The position numbers and the translations under genes are program-made. The notes under the pieces were generated by a model. The model was not told the origin of the DNA. It did not search any database and was given only the letters and a program-made list of their open reading frames with translations. Shown here piece after piece: positions 1-8,724 of a stretch of 64,000 nt of DNA (the stretch's first letter is position 1; each line of letters begins with the position of its first letter). Source of the stretch: an uncultured Chloroflexia bacterium (GTDB lineage Bacteria; Chloroflexota; Limnocylindria; QHBO01); contig CAVPGY010000001.1 of the NCBI GenBank assembly GCA_963704115.1, positions 190,075 to 254,074 on the forward strand, given 5' to 3'.

Positions 1-213
1 GACCGGCCCGTGGAGCGACGGCGGGCCGCGATCGACGCGAACGACCGACTCGATCTCGATGCGCTCGAGGTCATCGAGCTCGACGCCGCGGGGCGCCTGG
101 TCGGTCCCCCCGGGCAGCCGCCGGACCATGGACTCCGTGAGCTCGCCGACCACCCGACGTGCCGCGACCCGACCGGGCTCGCCGGCATCTGGGAGGCACT
201 CGCGCAGAGCTGA
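1..213 (+). CDS. 3' end of a hypothetical protein (runs off the left edge)
   Basis: Open frame from base 1 to TGA 211-213 with GC3-rich codons, ending 9 nt before the next gene; no recognisable motif. Confidence 0.55.
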   Translation, partial: DRPVERRRAAIDANDRLDLDALEVIELDAAGRLVGPPGQPPDHGLRELADHPTCRDPTGLAGIWEALAQS

Positions 214-222
214 GGCCACGGC

Positions 223-2310
223 GTGACCCGCCCCGTCCGGCTCGCCACCGGCCTGGGCGCCCTCGTCCTCATCGTCGCCCTCGCGGTCCTGGCGATCGCG
301 TGGCCGCGCTCCCCGTCGCTCGTGGCGTGGGACCAGCTCGACACCCGGTGGGGCACCTACCTCTCCGAGCGCGAGTGGGGCACGCCCCGCGAGGCGGTCG
401 GCGACGACCCGTGGGGCATGGACTACCTCTCGGCGGTGCGCATCCCGTACCGCCACGGCGAGGACGGCATCGCCGGGCTCGTCGACCGCGACGGGACCTT
501 CCACATCGGCTGGGCGGTCTGGGACGAGCGACAGGTGCGCGTCGCCGAACGGCTGTTCGGCTGGGGCAATCCGTCCGGGGAGCACGGGGAGGAGATCGTC
601 GATCGCCGCACGTTCGGCGTGAACACGCCGACCAGCTCGGTGGCGGACGCGACCCTCGTCTACCCGAACTCCAATCCGCAGTTTCGAATCCAGCTCTCCC
701 AGGCGCGCGTCGACGACGTGAGCGGTGTCCTGGTCGCCACCGCCGACCGCGCGGTTCCGGCCGAGACCGGCGCCTCGCCGTCGCCCGCCGAGCTGCTGCC
801 GCTGCACGTCGTGCTCAAGGGCTGGTTCCACGACCCATCACTGCGCGTGGAGCCGATCGACGGCGGGATCCTGCTTCTCGGCCCGACCACCAGCGTGGCG
901 ATCGTCAGCGACGAGCCGGCCGACCGGCTGATCAGCGACGAGAAGCGCGCGCTCGACGAGCAGCTTCGCGGCGGTGGGCTCGCCGACGGCGGCGGCCACA
1001 TCGGGGCGCTGGCCATGCGTCTGATGGTCGGCGCTGAGCCCGAGACGGTCGCCTTCGCCTGGGCCGAGGATGCCGACCCGGACGCCGCCACGGCCCGGGC
1101 CCTCGAGCTCGCATCGGCTGCCGAGCCGGTGCTGGCGGAGCGACGCGCGGAGGCGTTCCACATCTTCGCCGACGACGTCGATCCCGAGCACGAGCCGGTG
1201 TACCGGCAGGCGCTGATGAGCCTGCTCTGGAGCCAGAGCCTCTATCGCTGGGATGGGGCGTCGGACTGGATCCCAGGGTGGGCAGGGCGCGTCGCCGCCG
1301 ATGACGTGCTGATCATGCCGGACAAGTGGGAGTTCCCCTGGCTGGCGACCTGGGACTCGGCCTTCCATGCGGTGACGGCGAGCCTCATCGATCCGGAACT
1401 CGGCGCGGATCAGCTTCGGTTCATCCTCTCTCCCGACTGGCAGCAGCCGGATGGTGCCATCCCCTGCGCCGAGTTCGTGATGGATGACGAGTGCCCACCG
1501 GTCTTCTCGTGGGCCGCGTGGCGCCTCCACGAGGCCGGCGCCGGCCTCGACTTCCTCGCCGAGGTCTACCCCGGCCTCGCCGCCAACCACACCTACTGGA
1601 AGGAGGAGCTGCAGGTCGCCGAGGGCCTCTTCACCGGCGGCTTCCTCGGCATGGACAACCTGCCGCGAGCCGACGGGCAGGCCCAGGCGGATGCGAGCGC
1701 CTGGATGGCCTTCAGCGCCCGGTTCCTCGAACGCATCGCCGAGGCGCTCGAAGAGGAGGCCGATGCCGAGACCTACCAGCGTGACGTCGACATCATCGCC
1801 GCCGCCGTGAACGCACGGCTGTGGGACGAGGAGCGCGGCTTCTTCTACGACCGCGATGAGGACGGCACGCCGATCCTGACCAAGTCGTATTCGGGGCTCC
1901 TCCCGCTCATCGCCGGCATCGTGCCGGACGACCGCGCGAACCGCATCCTCGACGCCCTTCGTGACGAGAGCCAGTTTCTCTCGCCGCACGGGATCCGGAG
2001 CACGTCGCGCGACAGCGTCCTCTACCGCTCGGGCTACGCCGGCGCCCGCGGCGTGAACTCCTCGTGGCGCGGCGCGATCTGGCTGCCGATCAACTACCTG
2101 CTCATCGAGGCGATCGAGCCACACGACCCGGCGTTCGCCGCCGACCTGCGGCAGCGGCTCGTCGAGCTGGTCGAGACCGACTGGGAGCGAACCGGGCGCT
2201 TCCACGAGTACTTCGACGCGGAGACCGGCGAGGGCCTCGGGGCCGATGCCCAGGCCGGCTGGACGGCGCTCGTCGCCAACCTCGTCTCGGACGGCTGGCC
2301 GGCCGACTGA
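223..2310 (+). CDS. MGH1-like glycoside hydrolase (GH63-type, (alpha/alpha)6 barrel) with N-terminal membrane anchor
   Basis: WGTYLSEREWGT, MPDKWEFPWLATWDSAFH, GFLGMDN, WRGAIWLPINYL and FHEYFDAETGEGLGA motifs; hydrophobic N-terminus. Confidence 0.85.
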   Translation: MTRPVRLATGLGALVLIVALAVLAIAWPRSPSLVAWDQLDTRWGTYLSEREWGTPREAVGDDPWGMDYLSAVRIPYRHGEDGIAGLVDRDGTFHIGWAVWDERQVRVAERLFGWGNPSGEHGEEIVDRRTFGVNTPTSSVADATLVYPNSNPQFRIQLSQARVDDVSGVLVATADRAVPAETGASPSPAELLPLHVVLKGWFHDPSLRVEPIDGGILLLGPTTSVAIVSDEPADRLISDEKRALDEQLRGGGLADGGGHIGALAMRLMVGAEPETVAFAWAEDADPDAATARALELASAAEPVLAERRAEAFHIFADDVDPEHEPVYRQALMSLLWSQSLYRWDGASDWIPGWAGRVAADDVLIMPDKWEFPWLATWDSAFHAVTASLIDPELGADQLRFILSPDWQQPDGAIPCAEFVMDDECPPVFSWAAWRLHEAGAGLDFLAEVYPGLAANHTYWKEELQVAEGLFTGGFLGMDNLPRADGQAQADASAWMAFSARFLERIAEALEEEADAETYQRDVDIIAAAVNARLWDEERGFFYDRDEDGTPILTKSYSGLLPLIAGIVPDDRANRILDALRDESQFLSPHGIRSTSRDSVLYRSGYAGARGVNSSWRGAIWLPINYLLIEAIEPHDPAFAADLRQRLVELVETDWERTGRFHEYFDAETGEGLGADAQAGWTALVANLVSDGWPAD

Positions 2311-2337
2311 TCGGCGCAACCCCTACCATCACCCGGC

Positions 2338-3861
2338 ATGGACTGGCTGGCCGAGCTCTTCGAGACGAACCGCATCATCGTCCTGTCCATCTACGGGCAG
2401 GTCTTCTTCCTCATGGGCCTGGCCGTCGCGCTCCAGGCGCGCCATCGCTCGCAGCTGCCGTTCGCCCGTCCGCTCGTCTGGCTGGCCGGATTCGGCCTCG
2501 TCCACGGACTGATGGAGTGGGGCTACCTGTTCATCCCGATCCAGTCGGGATTCCTGCCGCTGCCGATCATCGAGGGGCTCCTCGTCCTTCAGCTTCTGCT
2601 CAAGCCGATCAGCTTCGCCCTCCTCTTCCAGTTCGGCGTCGAGCTGCTGCTCAGCACCCGCGACCCGCGCTCGGTGCCACGCATCGGCGGGCAGCCGTGG
2701 CTGCGCTTCGTGCCGGCTGCCGCGGTGGGCCTGTGGGCCGTTGCCACCGTCGCCCTGTCGAGCACCGTGGCCGCCGGCTTCGTCCCGGAACCACGCCCGT
2801 GGCTGCGGATGGAGGCGATCGACGACGCCCTGGCCGCGGTGGGTGCGCCGCTGGCCGTGGGGGACGTCGTCGCCCGCGCGATGCTCGGCCTGCCGGCGTC
2901 CCTGCTGGTTGCCATCGGCCTGCGCGACACGATCCGCAGCCTCGGAACGGTGGCGGGGCCGCGAATCAAGACGGCCCTCGGCGCGGCGGCTGTCGCGTTC
3001 GGGGCGTACGCGATGATCGGCGGCCTGGTGCCGCTCGCCGCGCCGTTCCCGCCGGCGTCGGTGGTGAACGGCAGCACGGTGCTCGACCTCCTCGGCATCC
3101 CGATCGAGGTCTTCCGCTCCCTCACCGGCCTGGCGATCGCCCTCGCCGTGGTGCGCAGCCTCGAGCTGTTCGAACAGGAGACCGATCGCGCCCTCGCCGA
3201 GGGCCGGCGCCGCGAGCTCCTTCTCCGGGAGCGCGAGCGCATCGGCCGCGACCTCCACGACGGCATCATCCAGTCGATCTACGCCGCCGGGCTCCACCTC
3301 GAACAGGCGAACGCCGAGGTGGATCGGTCCCCGGAGCGAAGCCGCGAGCGGATCGGGACGGTGATGGGCGAGCTGAACCGGATCACCGGGGACATCCGCA
3401 GCACGATCTTCGACCTGCGCTCCGGCGAGCTCGAGTCACGCGACGCCGAGGCAATCGTGCTCGCGGTCGCCGACGAGCTGCAGGCCCACACCCTCGTCGA
3501 GCTGGAGATCGGCTCGGAGGGCCTCTTCCGGCCGCGGCTGCGGCCAGAGCAGGCCGAGCACCTGCGGAACATCGTGACCGAGGCGTTCAGCAACATCCTG
3601 CGCCACGCGCAGGCCTCGCGGGTGATCGTGCACATGACCTGCACGCAGCGGCGCTTCACGCTGGAGGTCCGGGACGACGGGATCGGCTTCGATCCGGAGG
3701 TGACGCCGGCGCGCGGACGACGCGGGAGCGCCCAGGGCCTCGCCAACGTGCGACGCCGCGCGGAGCTGCTTGACGCGAGGCTGGAGATCGAGAGCGCGCC
3801 CGAGCGTGGCTCGCGCCTCTCCCTTACGATGCCGGTGGCGACCAGTCGCCGACCCTCATGA
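2338..3861 (+). CDS. Membrane-bound sensor histidine kinase (HisKA_3/NarX type)
   Basis: Multiple TM helices; ERERIGRDLHDGIIQ H-box; EAFSNILRHA, DDGIGF, GLANVRRRA ATPase motifs. Confidence 0.9.
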   Translation: MDWLAELFETNRIIVLSIYGQVFFLMGLAVALQARHRSQLPFARPLVWLAGFGLVHGLMEWGYLFIPIQSGFLPLPIIEGLLVLQLLLKPISFALLFQFGVELLLSTRDPRSVPRIGGQPWLRFVPAAAVGLWAVATVALSSTVAAGFVPEPRPWLRMEAIDDALAAVGAPLAVGDVVARAMLGLPASLLVAIGLRDTIRSLGTVAGPRIKTALGAAAVAFGAYAMIGGLVPLAAPFPPASVVNGSTVLDLLGIPIEVFRSLTGLAIALAVVRSLELFEQETDRALAEGRRRELLLRERERIGRDLHDGIIQSIYAAGLHLEQANAEVDRSPERSRERIGTVMGELNRITGDIRSTIFDLRSGELESRDAEAIVLAVADELQAHTLVELEIGSEGLFRPRLRPEQAEHLRNIVTEAFSNILRHAQASRVIVHMTCTQRRFTLEVRDDGIGFDPEVTPARGRRGSAQGLANVRRRAELLDARLEIESAPERGSRLSLTMPVATSRRPS

Positions 3862-4553
3862 CCGATTCCACCTCCACTGACGCCCCCGACGCGCCAATCC
3901 GCATCCTGATCGCCGACGACCACGAGGTGGTCCGCATCGGCCTTGCCGCGCTGCTCGATGGGCAGCCCGGCCTCCAGGTCGTGGCCCAGGCCGAGTCCGG
4001 CGACGAGGCGGTGCGCCTGGCGCGCCGCCATCGGCCCGACGTGGTGGTCATGGACATCCGCATGCCGAACGGCTCGGGGATCGATGCCTGCCGGACGATC
4101 ACCGCCGAGATGGAGGCCATGCCGGTGATCATGCTCACCAGCCACGCCGATTCCGAAGCGCTGTTCGACGCGATCGACGCCGGCGCGTCGGGATACGTGC
4201 TGAAGCGGATCGGGACCACGGAGCTCATCGACGCGGTGCGCACGGTTGCCGCCGGCGGCTCCCTGCTCGACCCGACGATGACCCGTCGCGTCCTCGATCG
4301 GCTGCGGAACGCAAGTCGCGTGGAGGAGGCCGGCGCCTTCAACGAGCTCACCGACCAGGAGCGCCGCGTGCTGGCAATCATCGCCGACGGCGCTTCCAAC
4401 CGCGAGATCGCCGAACGCATGGGGCTCGCCGAGAAGACGGTCCGCAACTACGTGTCGAGCATCCTCGCCAAGCTCGCGCTGGCCAGCCGGTCGCAGGCCG
4501 CCGCATACGCCATCCGCAACCGGCTGCCGGAGCTCGAGGAGGACGAGGTGTGA
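3858..4553 (+). CDS. NarL/LuxR-family response regulator
   Basis: IADDHEVVR, MDIRMP, GYVLK receiver; LTDQERRVL..GASNREIA..EKTVRNYVS HTH; ATGA overlap with the kinase. Confidence 0.93.
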   Translation: MTDSTSTDAPDAPIRILIADDHEVVRIGLAALLDGQPGLQVVAQAESGDEAVRLARRHRPDVVVMDIRMPNGSGIDACRTITAEMEAMPVIMLTSHADSEALFDAIDAGASGYVLKRIGTTELIDAVRTVAAGGSLLDPTMTRRVLDRLRNASRVEEAGAFNELTDQERRVLAIIADGASNREIAERMGLAEKTVRNYVSSILAKLALASRSQAAAYAIRNRLPELEEDEV

Positions 4554-5188
4554 GGGGCCGAGTGGCGCCCGCCGTCATCGTCGCGATCCTCCTCGCCGCC
4601 TGCGTCCTCGAACCGTCTTCGAGCCCGACCGCGTCGCCCGCTTCACCCAGCGCCGCTCCGAGCGAACCCAGCGCGACGCCAAGCGTGGCACCGCCTGCCA
4701 CGGTGACGCCACCTACGCCGGAGCCATCCCTCTCGCTCGACGCGCCGGAGGACAGCGACCCGCGCGTCGTCACCGTGCAGGTGGAAGTCGACCTCCCGGC
4801 CGATGGCGACGGCCGCATCGTGGTCACGGTGACGAGCGCGGCCGACACGCTTGTCGACGAGCTGGTGCTGCGCTGGCCGGTGGAGCTGAACGACACCCTG
4901 TTCCTCGCGCCGTTCGCCCCATCCGACGAGCGCATCCGCGAAGGCGGCCCGCCGCTCGAACAGCCGTGGACGAAATGGGTGATCGGACCGGGCGAGCGTG
5001 GCGAGCCGGCGGGTACCATCTCCCTCGGGTGGGGCCCGCTCCTGGCCGGAGCAACGTTGACAATTCCGATCTTCGTCACGCGCCTCGCGCCCGGACCGGT
5101 CGCCTTCGACCTCCAGGTGCTGGCAGGAAACGACCTGCTCACGCTGGGCGGGGGCGAACCGGCAGAGCTCCGCATCGAGCTCCCGTGA
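4550..5188 (+). CDS. Hypothetical lipoprotein with Ser/Pro linker and beta-rich domain
   Basis: Signal peptide ending LLAAC (lipobox); GTGA overlap with the regulator. Confidence 0.7.
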   Translation: MRGRVAPAVIVAILLAACVLEPSSSPTASPASPSAAPSEPSATPSVAPPATVTPPTPEPSLSLDAPEDSDPRVVTVQVEVDLPADGDGRIVVTVTSAADTLVDELVLRWPVELNDTLFLAPFAPSDERIREGGPPLEQPWTKWVIGPGERGEPAGTISLGWGPLLAGATLTIPIFVTRLAPGPVAFDLQVLAGNDLLTLGGGEPAELRIELP

Positions 5189-5898
5189 TGCGTCCGATCC
5201 TCCCGGCGTGGACCGAGGCGGACGCCGAGCTGCACCAACGTCTGGGCGCCGCGATCGATCCCGAGCGCAAGGTGCTCGAGGCGCTCGAACGGATCACCCC
5301 CATCAGCGGCAGACGGGTCGCGGACGTCGGCACCGGCATCGGCCATTATCCGATGCTGCTCGCCCGGCGCACCGGCCGCACCTACGGCATCGAGTCCGAC
5401 CCGGAGCTGCTGGCCGAGGCGCGTCGCCGGGCAGCCGGATCCGGACAGCCGAACCTCCGCATCGTGGACGGCGACTTCCCCCGCCTGCCGCTGCGGGACG
5501 CGACGGTCGACATCGTGCTCACCAGTCGCATCGAGCCCGATGACGGCTCGCTCGCATCGGTCGACGAGGCGTTGCGCGTGCTCCGACCCGGCGGTCGGCT
5601 CGTCGTCATCGGCTACTACGGGCGCGACGACGTGACCGACCTGCTCGAGCCCGAGGTCGTGGAGCATGCCCGCGCGGCGACGCAGCGTCGCAGCGGTTGG
5701 TGGCTGCGCAACGGCTTCAAGATCAAGGTCGTCCACGCGCGGCTCGATCTCGGCGACGCCAACACGGCACACGAGCTCCTCACGCGCCTGTACGGGGATC
5801 GGGGACGGGCGTTCCTGATGCGCCCGCACCGTTCGTCGCTGCGCCTGAACCTCGGCCTCTACCACTTGGAACGACCAAGCGGTCCCACGCCGGCCTGA
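5188..5898 (+). CDS. Class I SAM-dependent methyltransferase
   Basis: VADVGTGIG motif I; LPLRDATVDIV; LRVLRPGGRL; TGATG coupling. Confidence 0.85.
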   Translation: MRPILPAWTEADAELHQRLGAAIDPERKVLEALERITPISGRRVADVGTGIGHYPMLLARRTGRTYGIESDPELLAEARRRAAGSGQPNLRIVDGDFPRLPLRDATVDIVLTSRIEPDDGSLASVDEALRVLRPGGRLVVIGYYGRDDVTDLLEPEVVEHARAATQRRSGWWLRNGFKIKVVHARLDLGDANTAHELLTRLYGDRGRAFLMRPHRSSLRLNLGLYHLERPSGPTPA

Positions 5899-5958
5899 CG
5901 CGCTGACAGATCGGTGGGAACCCGCAGCGAGAATCACGAAATCGGTGCGGTTTTTCGG

Positions 5959-5987
5959 TTGCGGACCCGGATCACGGCGGATATGAT
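5959..5987 (+). promoter_or_regulatory. Sigma70-type promoter TTGCGG-N17-TATGAT
   Basis: -35 at 5959-5964 and -10 at 5982-5987 with exactly 17 nt spacing, directly before a strong hairpin. Confidence 0.55.
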
Positions 5988-5992
5988 CGGGG

Positions 5993-6037
5993 GGCTCGAA
6001 GGCCAGGCTCTTCTCCCCCCGGAGCCTGGCCTTCGGC
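5993..6037 (+). ncRNA. Candidate small hairpin RNA or leader with a pyrimidine/C-rich loop
   Basis: Perfect 14-bp stem CGAAGGCCAGGCTC (5997-6010) / GAGCCTGGCCTTCG (6022-6035), loop TTCTCCCCCCG. Confidence 0.35.
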
Positions 6038-6145
6038 CTGCCCGTCGCGGCGCGAGTGCGATAATGGGTCGTTCCACCGAACCCGTTCCCCACCGCGGGC
6101 GCCCTCGCCCGCCGGAGCCCACAACAGGAGGCGCACGTCGCAGCG

Positions 6146-7729
6146 ATGGCCACCACGCCGACCATGAAGATCACCTACTCCACGCTGTCCGCCGACAACG
6201 AGGAGCTCCAGAACGCGTTCGAGGCGGCCCTCGAGCAGGCGCGAGGCGACCTCGGGAAGACCTATCCGATGCTCATCGGTGGCGAGGAGCGCCTGGCCGC
6301 CGAGACCTTTGACGATCGGTCGCCGATCGACCGCGAGATGGTCGTCGCTCGCTTCCCGGTCGGCGGCCGCCAGGACGTCAGGGACGCGGTCGCCGCCGCC
6401 CGCGCCGCCTATCCCAGCTGGCGCGACACTCCGTGGCGCGACCGCCTTGCGATCCTGCGCCGCGCGGCCGACCTCATCAGCCAGCGCCAATTCGACTACG
6501 CGGCGCTCATGACGCTCGAGGTCGGGAAGAACCGCCTGGAATCGCTCGGTGACGTGGAGGAGACCGCGGACCTGTTGCGCTACTACGGCGACGAGTTCGA
6601 GAAGGCGGATGCATTCGTCAAGCCGATGGGCTCGCTCTCCGCCGCCGAGAAGACACGCTCGGTCCTCCGCCCATACGGCGTGTTCGGCGTGATCAGCCCG
6701 TTCAACTTCCCGATGGCGCTGGCTGGCGGCCCCGCCGGCGCCGCGATGATCGCCGGCAACACGGTCGTTTTGAAGCCGAGCTCTGACGCCCCGCTCATGG
6801 GCTGGAAGTTCGGTGAGGCGCTCCGCGACGCCGGCCTGCCCGACGGCGTCTTCAACCTCGTCACCGGCCCCGGAGAAACGGTCGGCGCCGAGCTCACTGA
6901 GAGCCGCGACATCGATGGTCTGGTGTTCACCGGCAGCTACGAGGTCGGCATGAAGCTGTACACCGGCTTCACCCGCGACTACCCGCGACCGATCATCACC
7001 GAGATGGGCGGGAAGAACCCGGCCATCGTCACCGCCAGCGCCGACCTCGACGCGGCCGCCGAGGGCGCAATGCGATCGGCCTTCGGCTTCGACGGTCAGA
7101 AGTGCTCGGCCCTGTCGCGCGTGTACGTGGATCGATCGGTCGCCCGCGAGTTCGTCGACAAGCTCGTCGAGAAGACGCGCGGCATCCGGGTCGGCGACCC
7201 GACGGATCGCGAGAACTGGATGGGCCCGGTCATCAACCAGCGCGCGATCGACACCTTCACCCGGGCGGTCGACGACGCGAAGGAGGCCGGCGGCACGATC
7301 GAGATCGGGGGCGAGGTCGACACCCAGCGCGGCTACTTCCCGGCCCCGACCGTGGTGACGGGCATCCCGCTCGATCATCGGCTCTTCCGTGACGAGCTGT
7401 TCGTCCCGCTCCTGGTGGTCGGCGAGGTCGACTCGCTCGACGAGGCGCTGGATCGTGCCAACGCCACGGAGTACGGGCTGACGGCGGGGATCTTCAGCGG
7501 CGACCAGCGCGAGATCGACCGGTTCCTCAACACCATCCAGGCTGGCGTCGTGTACGTGAACCGCCGCGCCGGCGCCACGACCGGCGCCTGGCCGGGAATC
7601 CAGAGCTTCGGCGGCTGGAAGGGCAGCGGCTCGTCGGGCAAGGGCGGCCTCGGCCCGTACTACGTCCAGCAGTTCGTCCGCGAGCAGTCCCAGACGGTCA
7701 TCGGCGACGAAGCGTCCGACGGCCGATGA
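6146..7729 (+). CDS. Aldehyde dehydrogenase, 1-pyrroline-5-carboxylate dehydrogenase-like
   Basis: ISPFNFP, FTGSYEVG, EMGGKN, AFGFDGQKCSA, ELFVP, YGLTAG; AGGAGG upstream. Confidence 0.85.
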   Translation: MATTPTMKITYSTLSADNEELQNAFEAALEQARGDLGKTYPMLIGGEERLAAETFDDRSPIDREMVVARFPVGGRQDVRDAVAAARAAYPSWRDTPWRDRLAILRRAADLISQRQFDYAALMTLEVGKNRLESLGDVEETADLLRYYGDEFEKADAFVKPMGSLSAAEKTRSVLRPYGVFGVISPFNFPMALAGGPAGAAMIAGNTVVLKPSSDAPLMGWKFGEALRDAGLPDGVFNLVTGPGETVGAELTESRDIDGLVFTGSYEVGMKLYTGFTRDYPRPIITEMGGKNPAIVTASADLDAAAEGAMRSAFGFDGQKCSALSRVYVDRSVAREFVDKLVEKTRGIRVGDPTDRENWMGPVINQRAIDTFTRAVDDAKEAGGTIEIGGEVDTQRGYFPAPTVVTGIPLDHRLFRDELFVPLLVVGEVDSLDEALDRANATEYGLTAGIFSGDQREIDRFLNTIQAGVVYVNRRAGATTGAWPGIQSFGGWKGSGSSGKGGLGPYYVQQFVREQSQTVIGDEASDGR

Positions 7730-8148
7730 CCTCCCACCTGTCGATCGTCGGGAACGACGAGGGCGACACGGTGGTGGAGCCGTCGGGCTGGTTCGCGGTC
7801 CAGCTGCGCTACGTGTACCTCAGCGGCGATCCGCCGGATCCCCAGCTCGTCGAGGACCGGGTGATCCTGGTGGACGGACCGGACGAGGAGGCGGCACTCG
7901 GTCGCGCCGTCGAGCTTGCGCCGGAGTACGAGGACGACTACGAGGCCGATGACGGCGAGCGCGGCACGATTCGCTTCGAGGGGATCGTGGCCATCAAGGA
8001 GCTCGACGACCCGCCGGCCGCGGGCACCGAGGTCTGGCACGAGTTCATGTCGCCCGACCCGGAGCGCCCGTCGACGGATGATGAGGGCCAGCCGCTTCCA
8101 CCGGTCTACCCGGAGGAGATGGCCTTCCCGCGCGCCCACGACGACTGA
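7726..8148 (+). CDS. DUF4288-like protein
   Basis: W-F-A-V..EDRVILV..A..E...YEDDY...G..I.F.G....L......GTEVW pattern; ATGA overlap. Confidence 0.6.
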   Translation: MTSHLSIVGNDEGDTVVEPSGWFAVQLRYVYLSGDPPDPQLVEDRVILVDGPDEEAALGRAVELAPEYEDDYEADDGERGTIRFEGIVAIKELDDPPAAGTEVWHEFMSPDPERPSTDDEGQPLPPVYPEEMAFPRAHDD

Positions 8149-8152
8149 GCCG

Positions 8153-8655
8153 ATGAGCTGGCGCACGACGGCCTACCGGGCCGTCCGCCCGCTCGTGTTC
8201 GCCGCCGATCCGGAGGCGATCCATCACCGGACGCTCCGAGTGCTGGGCTCTCCGATCGGCCGCTTGCTCGCCCCGCTGGTTCGGGCGTCCACCGATGCAC
8301 CCGCTGGTCTGAAGCTGTCGCCCGACCTGACGCACAACCGCCGAGCCGACATCATCCGCGCGCTACCCGGGTGCGCAGACGGCGTGATCCTCAGCAACAC
8401 GACCACGTCCAGGATCGGACGCCGGTCAGCGTCGGCCACCGAGACGCGGGGCCTGTCCGGGTCCCGTTGCGGAGCGGCATGCTGGCGGCCACCGGCGAGG
8501 CGCGTCGGATCGCGGGTGGTGACCTGGCGATCATCGCGTCCGGGGGCATCGGCTCCGGGGCGGATGCGTCCGCGGCCGTGGCCGCCGGCGCTGATCTCGT
8601 CGCGCTGTGGACGGGGATGATCTACGCGGGCCCGGCCTCATCGGCGAGGCGGTGA
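8153..8655 (+). pseudogene. pyrD: Internally deleted and frameshifted quinone-dependent dihydroorotate dehydrogenase remnant
   Basis: N-terminus YRAVRPLVFAADPEAIHH joined directly to LKLSPDL, DGVILSNTT, GLSG; second frame IIASGGIGSGADA..AGADLVALWTGMIYAGP; central GFDK and NISSPNT regions absent. Confidence 0.75.
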
Positions 8656-8724
8656 TAGCATGCTCGGACATCTAGCCAGGGGCGCGGGCAGGACGCGCCG
8701 CTCCGATCCGGAGTGCTACCCCAC

